Below are positions 38,860 to 52,456 of a DNA stretch of 64,000 bases, piece after piece; the stretch's first letter is position 1; every line of letters begins with the position of its first letter. Position numbers and translations under genes: made by a program. This DNA comes from Mytilus trossulus. Lineage: Eukaryota. The stretch covers positions 50,158,001 to 50,222,000 of the forward strand of contig NC_086383.1 in the NCBI RefSeq assembly GCF_036588685.1, given 5' to 3'. The notes beneath the pieces were generated by a model, which was not told the origin of the DNA, made no database searches, and saw nothing but the letters and a program-made list of their open reading frames with translations.

Positions 38860-39959
38860 CAGGGGTGGAACCAGGATTTTGGAAAGGGGGGGCGAAAATA
38901 TAAATATTGCCGAACGGAGCGAGGCGAAATTTTTTGGGGACCTTATTTGGGCTAAAAAAAACATAAAATATGTGTAATATGCACTATTTAAACGGTTCCT
39001 GGCTTGGGGCATGTATATTTTATAGTTGCTGTAAAGTGTAAGGGTTTGAAATTTTTTATGCTGTATTCTCCCTATTATTTGTCTATCATAAAATGATAGT
39101 ATTGATCCAAAGCTATGTACTGATATATTGAATATAGGACTTGTCAGTAAACAATATACATGGAAATTCGATGAAATTTACAATACGACCGACACGAGTT
39201 AAAAAAGACAAACAAGCAGTTTTTATCAAAATGTTTGATTGATATGTTTCACCAAACAAAACTAATGGAACCGAAGTGAGGGGTTCCAAATCCACCGAAG
39301 TTATGAATGACGGTCGACAAATGGAGACAAAAAGGTCACACGCAGCAGGCGGGTTAAAGTCTGGTCTTGAAAAGAGTATTCAATATATATAAGTCCGGCA
39401 AAGTCATTCCGGACAGACATGCAAACCCCGGCCACAAAAAAATACGCCCGTTTTTATTCATCATGTTCATCATTAAATGCTAAATAATTTTGTTGGAAAT
39501 TTTCTAAAAATAATTTCTAAATAATATTGTAGAACTTTTTTTTTTATGAGAGTGTAATAGTGTATAGAGTATTTACTATTACTTTCTGTTTGGAATAGTG
39601 AAATAGAAGTCAATAGTATACGGTCTTGCTCAATCCTGTGTTGCTTTGAAGGTTTCCTGATTGTCATGACATCCTCAGCTTAAGCAATGTGTATTACTGT
39701 AATTTGAATTTCAAAATGACCGAGTGCCGTTTTTTCAACGCACTGGTCAACTCCACCATAACAAATCACATGACTTTGATAATCAGTAAATACCAGCGAA
39801 AATATCTTTATAAGTAAAGAATTGTCGTATACAAATTAAATACTCGGGATATGACAAAATTCACGAAGTCTATTTAGATTAATCATTTTACAAGAAGAAG
39901 AAAAACGTCCGAACAAAGGGACTCTACGCCCTCTTCGCCTCCCTCTGGATCCGCCACTG
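38860..39959. mobile_element. 1.1-kb hAT-like non-autonomous element present only in copy 1
   Basis: Imperfect TIR caggggtggaaccagg / ctctggatccgccactg with gtaga duplicated. Empty site at ~51660. Confidence 0.8.
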
Positions 39960-40777
39960 CCGGTAGATTAGTATGCAGATCGGAGCTGGAATTGCTGGTT
40001 AGTTTGAAAACAATCAGATTGCTACGTATATATATATATTGCGTCATCCTGAAACATACCTTTTACAATTTAATTCCCATAATTCTGGAACAACTCATCT
40101 TCAAATTTTCAAATGGACTTGGAGATTGTTTTCACGGGCCAACAAAAGTAATATTACATAGTAAAGATTCTTTAAAGAAAGCTTAAATTATTGCAAAAGT
40201 AACCAATAAATGTGGTTACTTCGAATATTGACAAAGTACATTTTATGAAATATATTTTTTTTGAAAGGAGGAGAAGATCGGTATGTACGCTTATCAAATC
40301 TGTGATAGGGACTGGAGTCTCTAGATAGTCCTTTGCAAATTAACAATGTACGTTCAACTATATTACAATATGATTTCGGTAACAGTAACTGAATTATTTG
40401 CCGGAAGTCATATGTTAACCTTGGTCACCAGTATGTTTCTTGCATCGATAAAACTTGTTGTCGATCGAGTTATCGTGACATCAAGTTGTTTGAATGCATC
40501 GAAAATGTGTTCAACTTTCTCAGAACAAAACAAACAAAATTAAAAATGAGCACCAACTTACTTGAGTTTTAGTGCAAAAAATAAACATTAAAATATCACG
40601 ATCCATTTTGACTGCTTGACACCCCCCTTCTTTTATTCACCATGAAAAATTGATACGTATTATGTCTATCCTTTGATTTTTATTAAAAATATAAATGAGC
40701 ATGTACATTTAATACATCATGATCGAAGTCCATATTCGGTTCAATGGTTGTAAGGAATTTTTGTCCAATAATGCATT

Positions 40778-41461
40778 TCAATTACTGTTGAATCTTCTAA
40801 GTTTTCTTTTCAAGTTTAAAAATATTCCGGAATCTCTAGATTTCATGAAAGCTTCATTAATTTTCCCGGCATCCCTCGCTGCTTTTTTGTGCAACAATAT
40901 ATATGGAGGTGGGGGTGGTGGGGGTGGTGGAGGTGGATCTCCACGGGTCCTCAAATTCTTTTTCTTTCTCTGTGATACTGGTGACTGCAATGAACGTTCT
41001 TTTTCTTCTCTGCATCCTGTCATCTCTGTGACCTCTGGATCATACAAATACCAAAAAAGCTGATCAAAATTGTCCAGAATTTCAGAAGCGAATCTCACCT
41101 TTACTCTAATGTGACAAGAAGGATCGTAAGCTGCATCCTCGTCAAGATCTACACATTCCTTCTTCTCTTCCACCTTATACCAGCCAATAAAAACGAGTGA
41201 AATTCTCGTTCCTGCAGTACATGTGTCTTCAGGACAAAGGTCATTTACAACATCAAGAATGCATTTTATCATGCCAGTTCCAGAAGAAATGTCTTCTTGG
41301 GATGGATAATCCATTTCAGCACACGAATCTAAGTCATTTTTGATATCATTATCGCTTTTTCCCAGTATTGACGCTGTTATACTGACAAAATGATCGGCGG
41401 GACTCTTAGCATAGGTACATCCAAATATGATGCAGAATACGATAGCTAACTTCAACATCAT
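40778..41461 (-). CDS. Gene B1: secreted acidic Cys-containing protein, 227 aa, with RGD-polyproline segment and basic tail; family unknown
   Basis: Intact ORF with signal-peptide-like MMLKLAIVFCIIFGCTYA. Acceptor ttttcAG (41464-41463) is 1 nt before the ATG. The frame is conserved in paralogue B2. Confidence 0.9.
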   Translation of the reverse strand: MMLKLAIVFCIIFGCTYAKSPADHFVSITASILGKSDNDIKNDLDSCAEMDYPSQEDISSGTGMIKCILDVVNDLCPEDTCTAGTRISLVFIGWYKVEEKKECVDLDEDAAYDPSCHIRVKVRFASEILDNFDQLFWYLYDPEVTEMTGCREEKERSLQSPVSQRKKKNLRTRGDPPPPPPPPPPPYILLHKKAARDAGKINEAFMKSRDSGIFLNLKRKLRRFNSN

Positions 41462-42109
41462 GCTGAAAATATATCGAATGTTGAATTAGATGTTATAAGA
41501 AAAATGTTATCAGAAGTTCGACCGTTTAAACTCCGGTCAATGTGATTTCAAATTTGAATATAAAAATTGGGGATCATGGACCTTGTTTATCCGTGAAAAT
41601 ACTTTGAAATTAAACGAAATCACGGTTATTTTATATGGGTTATATAACTTATATAGGAGAAACTTAATGTTTTCTTATCGAAGAAGAATCAAACGATAGA
41701 ACTGGTTAAAATCCAATGAGTGAATTACTTTTCAAAAATAATTTCGATATATAAAAATAAATTTAGGGGCTCTCGGGTCTTGTTTTCTTAAAAACACAAA
41801 TAGTTCTTTCAAATTCTGTATAATTATCTGTCCTTGGTTTTAAAAAGAATGTTCTAAAAATTATAAATACACTTAACGGCACTTAATTTTTAGATAGTTT
41901 ATTCTTTAAATTTCAAGTTTTAAATGTTTCTGTTTTATATAGAAGGATAATTGGTAAAATATTTTAATCCTAAAAGGTATTTTTACAACATGGCATAAAG
42001 GGATGCTCAGAATACGACATCCGATATAAGTTAAACATCAATTAATCAACCAATGTCCGATTAAATATTATCTTGTTGCATGTCGATGTGAAACTATTTA
42101 AGAACTTAC

Positions 42110-42220
42110 CTTGTTATACTGCTCTTCTGCAACTGAAGACTCAGTACGACTTTGGCTTAACTCACTAGAAAACTATATACCCTGAATATTTATGAAAACC
42201 GTTGCTGATCTTTAGCCAAT
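42110..42220 (-). promoter_or_regulatory. B1 non-coding exon 1 and core promoter (donor AAG|GTAAGT at 42110/42109, TATATA 42179-42174, CCAAT near 42215); intron 41463-42109
   Basis: Consensus donor with TATA-like and Inr-like (TCAGTT) motifs upstream, conserved in the B2 copy. Exact TSS uncertain. Confidence 0.65.
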
Positions 42221-45200
42221 GAAAATCAACGAATCAAAATCGATTTAAAAATTCTAATTTTGATGACTATGCTGTCTTTCAATTTCTGTAGCGTATTCAA
42301 CATCCATTATTTTGTTATTAAAATAGGTAGGATCAAAATGATAGAAGTATTTAAAGTTTTATAGATCACTTATTTTCCACATGTTAGACAAAATCACCTA
42401 AAACATATTTTATATTTTCATTATTAATATTTAAAATTCATTTTTCAGAAATAATCAGTCTTCTTCAAAATCGAAAGGAACGTTTCCACTTCATAGTCTA
42501 TGACTATCATTCGAAGAAGTATGGTCAATTTCTCCTTGTCCTGTTTCAGTAACCAGGTCAAATAAGACAGTTTGTGAAACCTAGTTAAATTTGAATATCA
42601 AACTGAAGGGTCTTAATGAAACAAAAATGTCATTGCGCTCTAGACATCGCTATTAAAGACAGTTTTGAAATTCTATGATATGTTTAAATGATTTTGCATC
42701 TAAAGACATATTAAAGAAAATAAAATGAAATCTCTGAAAGACAATCATAGCTTAACATCCGAAAGAACTTGTAATTTGGGGTTCATACATGTCCTTTTTA
42801 ATGTCTTGCTTTTAGAAGTTTATACATTTTAGATGCCTGATTGATTGTTGGTGTTTAACGCCACTTTGAATGTCAGATCTTCTCAGACAATTAAGAATAT
42901 AACTTTTTGTTAACGGTAATCATGGTAATGTCGGTGAGCATTATTTACAATTGATTTGCATTGTATTTGGGCTTCGTCAACCTTCCTGACAGTAATTATA
43001 AACAATCCCATTTCTTAAAAATGTAAACAATGGACAAAAATGTGAACCTTGACAATTTGGGTCAATTACATTTTCGTTCTCTGATTTTTCTGAAAAAGAT
43101 AATTTCTGAATTATCTGTTTTTTGCACTATCTTTTGTATGCGTACATCTAACCGTGAAAATATTGTTTGCATGTCATGGTTTTTTATCAAGTTTATACAA
43201 GATAAATGGCTTATGATGAGGATAGTGTGTATGCACCCGCGAAAGATGGTGGAAGATGTTCTACAATACAAGATAATCTGACGTCATTGAATAATCAGAT
43301 GACATTATTATTTAAAACTTAGAAACATGTCCATCTGGCCATATAATTGTCGATTTGTCAGACGTCAATTAACAGTTACACCAAAACTGTCCTTGTTATG
43401 AAGCCCAAAAGTGTCCATTGTTATTTAATAGTGATTTGTAAATTAATCACACATAGTTTAAATGTATAAAATCGACATTATAACAGGATCCTTCCTTTTG
43501 TTTTGTTGTAAAAATGGAACAGTTATTCTCTAAAAGCACAGAAACCACTTCTGCAGGAGGCCGTCTGTGCAATACCAAGATACATTATTAAGATATTTAG
43601 GCATCACTGCAGTATATTAGTGCAAAATAATTTACTTTATAAACAACGAATTTAACTGTACAAAACTTATTAATTGCAATCCTTATGTTTGCTCTAAATA
43701 TGCATGAGATATTAGCCACTGGACATTTAGCAATCAACTGTCAAGAGTGAATGTTTGTGTTGCAAATTAAATTTGCAATTAGGCTAAATATAAACAACCG
43801 ACTTAGAACAAACTATAAATGACCACTTAATCAATAGTTGAAGCACTGAGAAAACTTGAAAGATTTTTTTATGACAATAATAATCATATTAATATAAAAT
43901 TAATAAAAGCTCGCAAGTGAAGATAATTTGTTATTGTAAGATTCTTTTTTCCTATCTGGTGTCTATTTATTTGAGAGGAAAATTAAGTCAATGATTTCAT
44001 CTTTCACTGTGCACACATGTAATGTACCGCATCTCAATTAAAAAAAGCACAAATGTCTCAAACAATGATACTTGTTCTACTAGCAATATGGTGCTAGGTG
44101 GTTTTGTAACACTTTATTTCCAACATACGTACTACCTACTGATGAGTCCTGAGTGTAAATGGTCATTCACTTATACATTGCGTTTATCTATGTAAAAGAA
44201 AAGGATACAATTCACAGGGCCTTATCGATTTCTAAACTTATCTGTCTTTGTTCAACATTTGTTAATCATTCGTTAATTTCTTCATTTGTTTAAACGTTAA
44301 TTACATCACCATGATCACTGATCACTTTTACACCACAACAAAACTGCATCTTATATAATTATATTGTATTATAATTACTGTACCGTAAGTCTGTTTGTCC
44401 ATCAGTCCTGTTCTTTTCATTGCACCTCCTCTGAAACCTACAACAGAATTTCAGGAAACTTTGTAAATAATTGCAATATAGTATGTAGATGTTCATATCC
44501 ACAAGAAGACTGACCAGTTGACTTTTGTTGTAGTTATGAGTCTTTGAAGCATGGTCACAAAGGTTCTTTATATATAATTGAAATCATTTTCATACTGATA
44601 AAAAAAATGTTGACTTCCATCAGGCTTGGAAGAAGACATTAAAAAAAGAAATAAAATAACACAGAAGTTAACTTTCTAGCTTATCTTGCCCCAGGCGTCA
44701 GGCCAGGTATTTTCATTACCTTAAACTGTTAGATATCTTCTAAGAAACAATTTCGCATTTAAACGAAAATACCAATGACATTTGGAAGATCCTTAACTAA
44801 TTGACAGTTTATGTGGACAAACCCATGTAAGAAATGACCACCACAAAGGAACATAAATACAACCAAACAAATAGTACATGATGCCATCTCGCATATTAAA
44901 ATCACAACATGCAGAAATGTACCCAATGTGTTCGTCCCCTAATTTTTGAGTTTTTGAAAGAAAAAAAAGTACACACTGTCAAACATCTAAATATAATATC
45001 CACAATTGTTAACAACAAGTAAATATGTAATTAAAAGATTTGAACAACTGAAAGGTTACACACATTACGCACAGATAAATTTGCTCTTTCCGCTAGCTCT
45101 ACATAGTTAATAAAAAAAGTATGTCCATCCTAAGGGAGGCAAATAAAAAAGGGATCTCCAATTACAGGGTCTAATTACTGGAATTGGCAAACAGACTGTT

Positions 45201-46945
45201 AGTTAATTATTTTTGTCAGACTTAAATGGAGTGACAATCCAATAGGCATTGCTTTATTATCAAAAAGGACAAAACAAGTATAGCCAAAGCCGGGGAAGGA
45301 ATTAGAGCTATAAATAATGCTAAATAGAATATGTCCTCTCACAAAACATTTGTTTTATCTCAAAAGGTTTGGTCCTATGTTGAACGCATCTATCCAATCA
45401 AACTTTAAACAAAAAATACCACAGATACATATCAATGATGCCTCTTATCTTCAACTATATCTAAAAATTGACAGCTAGGGTCAAAAGACTCTTTGACTTG
45501 TGAGGTTTGAATGTTTTGAATCTCCCTCCTCTTTTTCCTATTTAGTTTACTTTCTGGTTTTAGTTGTATCTCGGAGTCAGACAAAAAAACTTTTGATACG
45601 ATAGTCCTTGTCAATATTTCAGTTTTAGATTTCACTCTTTAGGTTCGAAACTGTTGTTTTTACATTCTTTAACATATTTTGCTCTCCATCAGAATGTAAG
45701 CTGAGAAGTGACCCTAATCAGTCGCCCTACGCTGGCATGCAACACGATCAACAACAGTCCACAATGGACTACAAACACGTATAAAGACTGAGGAAAAATA
45801 AATTCAGTCAAAATTCAAGAAGAGACTTTAGTTTTTCTAAAATATTTTCCTATTAAACTAATGTTTTCATTTTTTTTGTTACCCATGCTGGATATGGTGT
45901 AAAATTGTGGTCTCTAATATTAAACTCTCTTGTCACATCAACATGAAAACAATGTGTGGGGGTAAACTTAGTATACTTATTTCGTGTGTAAACAACTATA
46001 CCCCTCGGAAGGCATTTTGGACAGTTGAATACAAAAGACAATTCGAGGTCAAATACTGAAATATAACAAGATGTGCGGCTCAATGAAACAGCGGTACAAG
46101 AAAAATACACACACACACACACACATATCAACTGGCAATAAATTGTCATAATGTACAGTCTTATTGGTACCAGTTTGCTTATAAAGTTGAGTTTTGTTTT
46201 AATTTGTTTGGTTTTTTGTACCTGTTTAGTTATTTTATCGTATATATGTCGTAAAGGAGAGGATGAAAATACTTTCATTAGACAGTAACAATTATTGGGT
46301 TGTTGTTTTGCACCAGACGAGACGACGTCTGAGGGTTATATATAGAAACTTTATCACTAAAACTTCTAAATAGTGTAAAATAAGTGGGACTTTTAGAGCT
46401 AATTATTCACGTATGAAGTGATTATATCTTAATGGTTGTTTTACTGCAGTTATTTTTGACAATTAATTCATTTCAGAATCCAAACTTAGGTAACCTTTAG
46501 TAGTATTCTATAATTTTGCAAGACTGTTTACTCCACCAGTTTGTCTTAATCACTTGTGAAGATTGTCTTAAACTTTAAATTTTTCGAAAAACTAAGGAAT
46601 TTCTTATCCCAGGCATAGACTACCTTCGCCGTATTAGGCACAAATTTTTGGAATTTTGGATCCTCAATACTCTTCAACTTTGTACTTGTTTGGCTTTATA
46701 AATATTGTGATATGATCTTCACTGATGAGTCTAATGTAAACGAAACATGCGTCTGGCGTACTAAATTATAATCCTGGTACCTTTGACAACTATTGTCATC
46801 GTAATACTTAAAAGCAAATTAGACAGATATTTAGATACATATAACATGTATATGTTTGTACATTAATCTTCCCCAAAGGATGTGTAAATGATAATGGATG
46901 GGTTGTTGTTTAATTTATAGTTTTACACGTTAATTTCTATTACGG

Positions 46946-47636
46946 TTTTATACGCCCGTCAAAATTTTGACGGGACGTATTACGGTTTACAAATGTCCGG
47001 TGTCCTTCAGTCTGTCCGTCCGTCCGTTTGTCCGGCGTAAACATGTCGCACCGTAACTTGAGAACGACTTATCTATATTTCATGAAACTTGATATACATG
47101 TAGTTGCTTTTTATGATGGTCAAATGATCTGTATACTTTTTGGTGAAAATAAAATTTAAACTTTTTGAGTTACGGCACTTTGTAACTAAAACAGGGGGAT
47201 GGTTTTTTTTTCACATGTCGCACCGTATCACAAAAACGATTCTTGATTATTGCTTAAAACTTTACACACTTCTTAGTAAATGATGATTCAAAATTTAATT
47301 TTTGAGTTATTGAGTATTTTGTAAAAAAGGGGGAGGGTTTTTTTTACATGTCGCGCCGTATCTCAAAAACAATTTCTGATTATTGCTTGAAACTGTACAC
47401 ACTTTTTTTTTCTATTAATCTAAAGATCTGTATACTTTTTGGTTTGATTCAAAATTTTATTTTAGTGATATTTGTAAAAAAAAAAAAAAAAAACAGGGGG
47501 AGGGCACATGTCCCGCCATGTCTCAAAAACAATAAATGGTTATTGCTTAAAACTTTATCAGAAACTATTTATGATTATTGCATAAAACTTCCACACAAGA
47601 CGTCGGGCGTATCATGCGCTTATGGCGCAGCTGTTT
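46946..47636 (+). mobile_element. Helentron/DINE-like non-autonomous element present only in copy 1
   Basis: Subterminal IR atacgcccg / cgggcgtat, hairpin cccgtcaaaattttgacggg, GTCC microsatellite, internal tandem repeats (acatgtcgcaccgta), 3' hairpin tgcgcttatggcgca and a T-rich target. Empty site at ~61845. Confidence 0.8.
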
Positions 47637-49479
47637 ATTGTATTATTGATTTTATATAAATGTTACAATCTGAATCGACCTTGACAGACCTTTTTCACCG
47701 ACACAAGAATGCAAGATATTACTTTTGTAAATATGATGAGCTGTTGACAAAATCTTAAACGGTTTCTCTGATACAAGAAGGGAGAATTTTTTTACAGTAT
47801 TTTCTAAAATACAAAATGTATGTTACGCCACTTTAACAAACTTTAAAAATGTTCTTTAAACCTGTTAAAGAGGCATTAGACATGTTAGGTGCCATTTAGA
47901 TAAAAAAAAAAATGTTTTTGTCTCAAACAGTAATTAAAGCGGCCAAAGTAAGATCGAAAACATTGCAAATGTATTATTGACTTGCAAGTGAATAATTCAA
48001 CCTCAGTTGAGTCCGTATTGATGTAACCCTAACTTGACCTTAATCTGAAGATTGGTTACGCATGACCTTAGTGTGTTCAGAAACTAAAAAGAAAAGAACA
48101 TTGAAAAGTGAAACAAGGTATCCACCATAGTTTTTTTTACCGATTTGGCCAACAAGAAATTATTCACATTCAGGTAAAACTATGATTTACATTTGTCAAA
48201 TCTATGACATGGAATTAAAAAGACCTCGTTAGATCGTCAATACACAACTCCACATGCTTCTCAGTCGATTTCATATTTATATTTATGTTTAAATTGGGTT
48301 GATTGACTATCGACAATCTTCGGATGTAATATTGGTGGTTAATTAGATGGCGTCTCGTCTTAAATACGCACGAAATGCTGATACGTTATATCTAGTCCAT
48401 GCATTGTTAATTGTTTCTTTTAGACTTTTTGTAATTTGGATTAAAGTTTAAGTATGTTATTTATCAAATGTGAACATTTAAGCCAAATCGGTGGTCGTCA
48501 GTTTGACAGCTAATGCTTAATTCAGAAGAAACTTTAATATTACATAAAACGTCATAATTTCTTTTCTGTTCTATCTGAACATATCTCATTGAATTGAGCA
48601 AAATGTTGAGAGTTGAAACTATCTTTTCGTTGCAGTATAATGTATATACAAGGAGAAAAATACTACTTAATGAACTATGAGCCAGTCAGTTACATGTCAA
48701 AGTTGATATATTGAATATCAACTTTGTGTGAATATGATGTGTATTGACGATCTTAAAAAAAACAATGTAATTGTTATGAAATCAATTAATTACATTACAA
48801 TTACAATTATATGGATTTTTAAATGTAATTAATTATATCACAATTACATTGATTTTAAAATGTATTTGAATACATTACAATTACATTGCCAATGTTATTA
48901 ATTACAATTCAATTATTTTTATCCAAAGCCATGTAAGAGCTATTTCATTTACAATAATATCATGAAAATGACAACAACTAGATTAGAATGCTCTATACTA
49001 TCGGGAACTTCTAGAACAGGAAACATGGGGAACTCATAGAAAACTGTAGAACGGAAACTTCTAGAACAATGTTGATGTTTAAATTACTCATCTTTTATAA
49101 GGATCATTCTAGAATCGTTGTGTAAGTAAAATAGATATTTGAATCAGTATCTATGATTTTTCCAATGATTTCTAAACTGCACAATATAATAGATATAGGA
49201 AGATGTGGTGTGAGTGCCAATGAGACAACTCTCCATCCAAATAACAATTTAGAAAGTAAACCATTATAGGTTAAAGTACGTTTCAACACGGAGCCTTGGC
49301 TCACACCGAACAACAAGCTATAAAGGGCCCCAAAATTACTAGTGTAAAACCATTCAAACGGGAAAACCAACGGTCTAATCTGTATAAACAAAACGAGAAA
49401 CGAGAAACACGTATATATTACATAAACAAACGACAACTACTGTACATCAGATTCCTGACTTAGGACAGGTGCAAACATT

Positions 49480-50995
49480 TGTATAAGTTTACCTTGTAAA
49501 CAACTATAAGGCCACACAAAACAAATAAGGCCAAAATAAATAAACCTAATAGCTTCAATATCATAACACCGATCAAGACCATTCAAAACCACATAGTATA
49601 GACTTACAAACCCAAAGGAAACAAAACCATTAGCATTAGATAGATTTGATAGACATTGAATTCTCAGAAGTTCTCTGGAGTTTTTGAATAGTGAGACTTT
49701 TATTTACGAACAACATCATACTATATTGTGACTTATTGGACGTTATATTCTGTTGATATTTCTATTTGTGTAGTAAACTTGTGTATAATAAATCTTGTTA
49801 AATTTTAAATTGATTTGTGTCTTTTGATGGCTACAATTTAAAAGTGATTTCTGACCGTAAAAGACATTGGAGGCTCGTTAGGGATCTATCTCCCTGTTGA
49901 AGGTGTTTCATTATTGCTAGGAAATGATCTAGCTAGGGAAAGAGTAGTTGCTGAACCAAATGTAACCAGTGAACCGGTTGTGGATGTTAAATCACCGGAA
50001 GATGATGCTGAACTGTATCCAGAGTGTGATGTAACTAGGGCGATGGCTAGAAAACAACACAATAAGGATTTGCAAGAAAATCAGTTTGATTACATGGGAC
50101 TTTCAGACACTTTCCTTGCCAACATTGAAGGTCCCGGTAGCCCATAGAAGGCCGTAGTAAGACCATTTATAACTAACAAGAATGTAATTATGATATGGCC
50201 AGACGTGAACAGCCATTCATTAGAATGAAGCAAATGTGTTGAAGAACAAAATAAAGACCTTGAGGTTCTTCAGCTCCGCAAGAGTGCACAACCACAGGAG
50301 AAAGCAGACAAATGGTTGAATGCTACTACCATCAAGACGGCATTTTATTGAGGAACTGGAACCCCCTGGTGCTATTCTAGAGGAGGAATGGAGAGTGGTA
50401 TACCAAGTGGTGGTGCCTAAAGTCTATAGGCAAGTCTTGCCCATGACACCCACTTGGCTGGCCATTTAGGTATAAGTAAGACCTACCTTATGATCTTGCA
50501 CCATTTCTTCTTGCCCAGACTAAGAAATGATTTCGCAAAATACCGAAATCATGCCATATATGCCAGGTTGTTGGTAAGCCTAACCAGAAAATACCACTTC
50601 TGCCAATTCAGCTTTTGAAGAAAGAACCTATCAGCCGAGTACTCATTGATTGTGTTTAACTTTTATCAAATACTAGTACCAAGACTGGAAATGCGTATTT
50701 ATTGACGACAATGTGTACATCCATTTGCTTTCCTGTGGCTATTCCATTGTGAAATATCAAGACACCAACTATTATTCAAGCTCTTATCAAATTGTTCACC
50801 TTAGTAAGACTTCCTAAGTCTATACAGTCCGACCAGGGTTCAAACTTTATGTCAGTTTATTTCAGCAAGTCGTGTACCAGTTAGGGGTTGCTCAGTATAG
50901 GTCAAGTGCTTATTCGACAAGGGCTGGGATGATGGTGTTCACTTTTTACTTTTTGCGGTCCGAGAGGCTGTTCACGAATCCCTTTGTTTTAGTCT
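49480..50995 (+). mobile_element. Gmr1-like Gypsy remnant: LTR (to 49866), tRNA-Pro-like PBS (49868-49885), gag deleted, end of protease followed directly by decayed integrase
   Basis: ...aagaCA t TGGAGGCTCGTTAGGGAT. Translations LLLGNDLA, AGHLG..KTY, CHICQVVGKPNQ, RVLIDCV and QSDQGSNFMS, with frameshifts. The LTR 5' boundary is uncertain and the LTR is repeated at 63690-64000. Confidence 0.8.
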
Positions 50996-52456
50996 TTTTC
51001 AGGAACCGTTAATTCAGTGGTTGTCATTGTTGATGTGTTACTTTATTGTTTTTCGTTCATTGTTTTGTACATAAATTAGTCCGTTAATTTTCTCGCATGA
51101 ATTGTTTTATATTTGTCATTTCAGGGCCCTTTATAGCGGACTTTGTTCATTGTTAAAGACCGTAAGGGGACCTATAGGGGATAATTTCTGTGCCATTGGG
51201 TGTCATTGGGTCTGTTGTGAAAAGTTGTCTCATTGGCAATCATACCACATATTCCTTTAATATACATTGTGCAAATCCGTTGTGATGAGCCTTGCAGGCA
51301 CCTACCATACAGGTATATAAATGAAAATGTGACCTGCAGGCACCTTCAATAGTATATGGTACAGATCTATGGAGATATTATAGGCCATGGTACATATAAT
51401 TAGCAGTGTGACCTGCAGACTCAAATGATAGGCTATGGTACAGATCTTCAGTGATGTGATATGCAGGAACCTATGGTACAGATAAATTTTGGTGTGACCT
51501 GCAAGCACATTTGATACGGATAAATGTTGGTATGACCTGCAGGCAACTGTAGTATTGTTTATGATTATACGCGTAAGTATATGCAGCACTACTTATTTTA
51601 TAAGTGATGACTGGCAGTAACCGTTCACATAAGCTTTTATTCTCGTGCCCCTGTACTAGTGTAGATTAGTATGCAGATCGGGGCTGGAATTGCCGGGTAG
51701 TTTGAAAACAATCAGATTGCTACGTATATATATATTGCGTCATCCTGAAACATACCTTTTACAATTTAATTCCCATAATTCTGGAACAACTCATCTTCAA
51801 ATTTTCAAATGGACATGGAGATTGTTTTCAGGGGCCAACAAAAGTAATATTACATAGTAAAGATTCTTTAAAGTAAGCTCAAATTATTGCAAAAGTAACC
51901 AAAAAATGTGGGTACTTCGAATTGACAAAGTACATTTTATGAAATATATTTTTTTTAAAGGAGGAATAAAGGATCGGTAAGTACGCCTATCAAATCTGTG
52001 ATAGGGACTGGAGTCTCTAAATATTCATTTGCAAATTAACAATGTACGTTCAACTATATTACAATATGATTTCGGTAACTGAATTAATCGCCGGAAGTCA
52101 CCAGTATTTTTCTTGCATTGATAAAACTTGTTGTCGATCGAGTTATCGTGACATCAAGTTGTTTGAATGCATCGAAAATGTGTTCAACTTTCTCAGAACA
52201 AAACAAACAAAATTAAACATGAACACCAACTTACTTGAGTTTTAGTGCAAAAAATAAACATTAAAATATCACGACCAATTTTGACTGTTTGACCCCCCCC
52301 CCCCTTTCTTTTATTCAGCATGAAAAATTGATACTTATTATGTTTATCCTTTGATTTTTATTGAAAAATATAAATGAGCATGTACATTTAATACATCATG
52401 ATCGAAGTCCATATTCGGTCCACTGGTTGTAAGGAATTTTTGTCCCATAAAGCATT

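Larger units (their letters stand above)
38181..49866 (+). repeat. Segmental duplication, copy 1 (contains B1)
   Basis: Collinear and highly similar to 51000-64000 apart from insertions. Confidence 0.95.

Noticed and set aside
40719-41063. Gly-rich plus-strand ORFs (also 52398-52751)
   Set aside because: Antisense shadow of the polyproline-coding B genes.
45853-46278. 141-aa ORF with signal-like MTIYCQLICVCVCV
   Set aside because: The hydrophobic stretch is a (TG)n microsatellite, and the start or frame is broken in the three homologous copies. Kept only as a low-confidence relic exon.
49104-49436. 110-aa ORF duplicated at 63316-63648
   Set aside because: Lies on an abundant interspersed repeat, and its conservation is explained by the recent segmental duplication.
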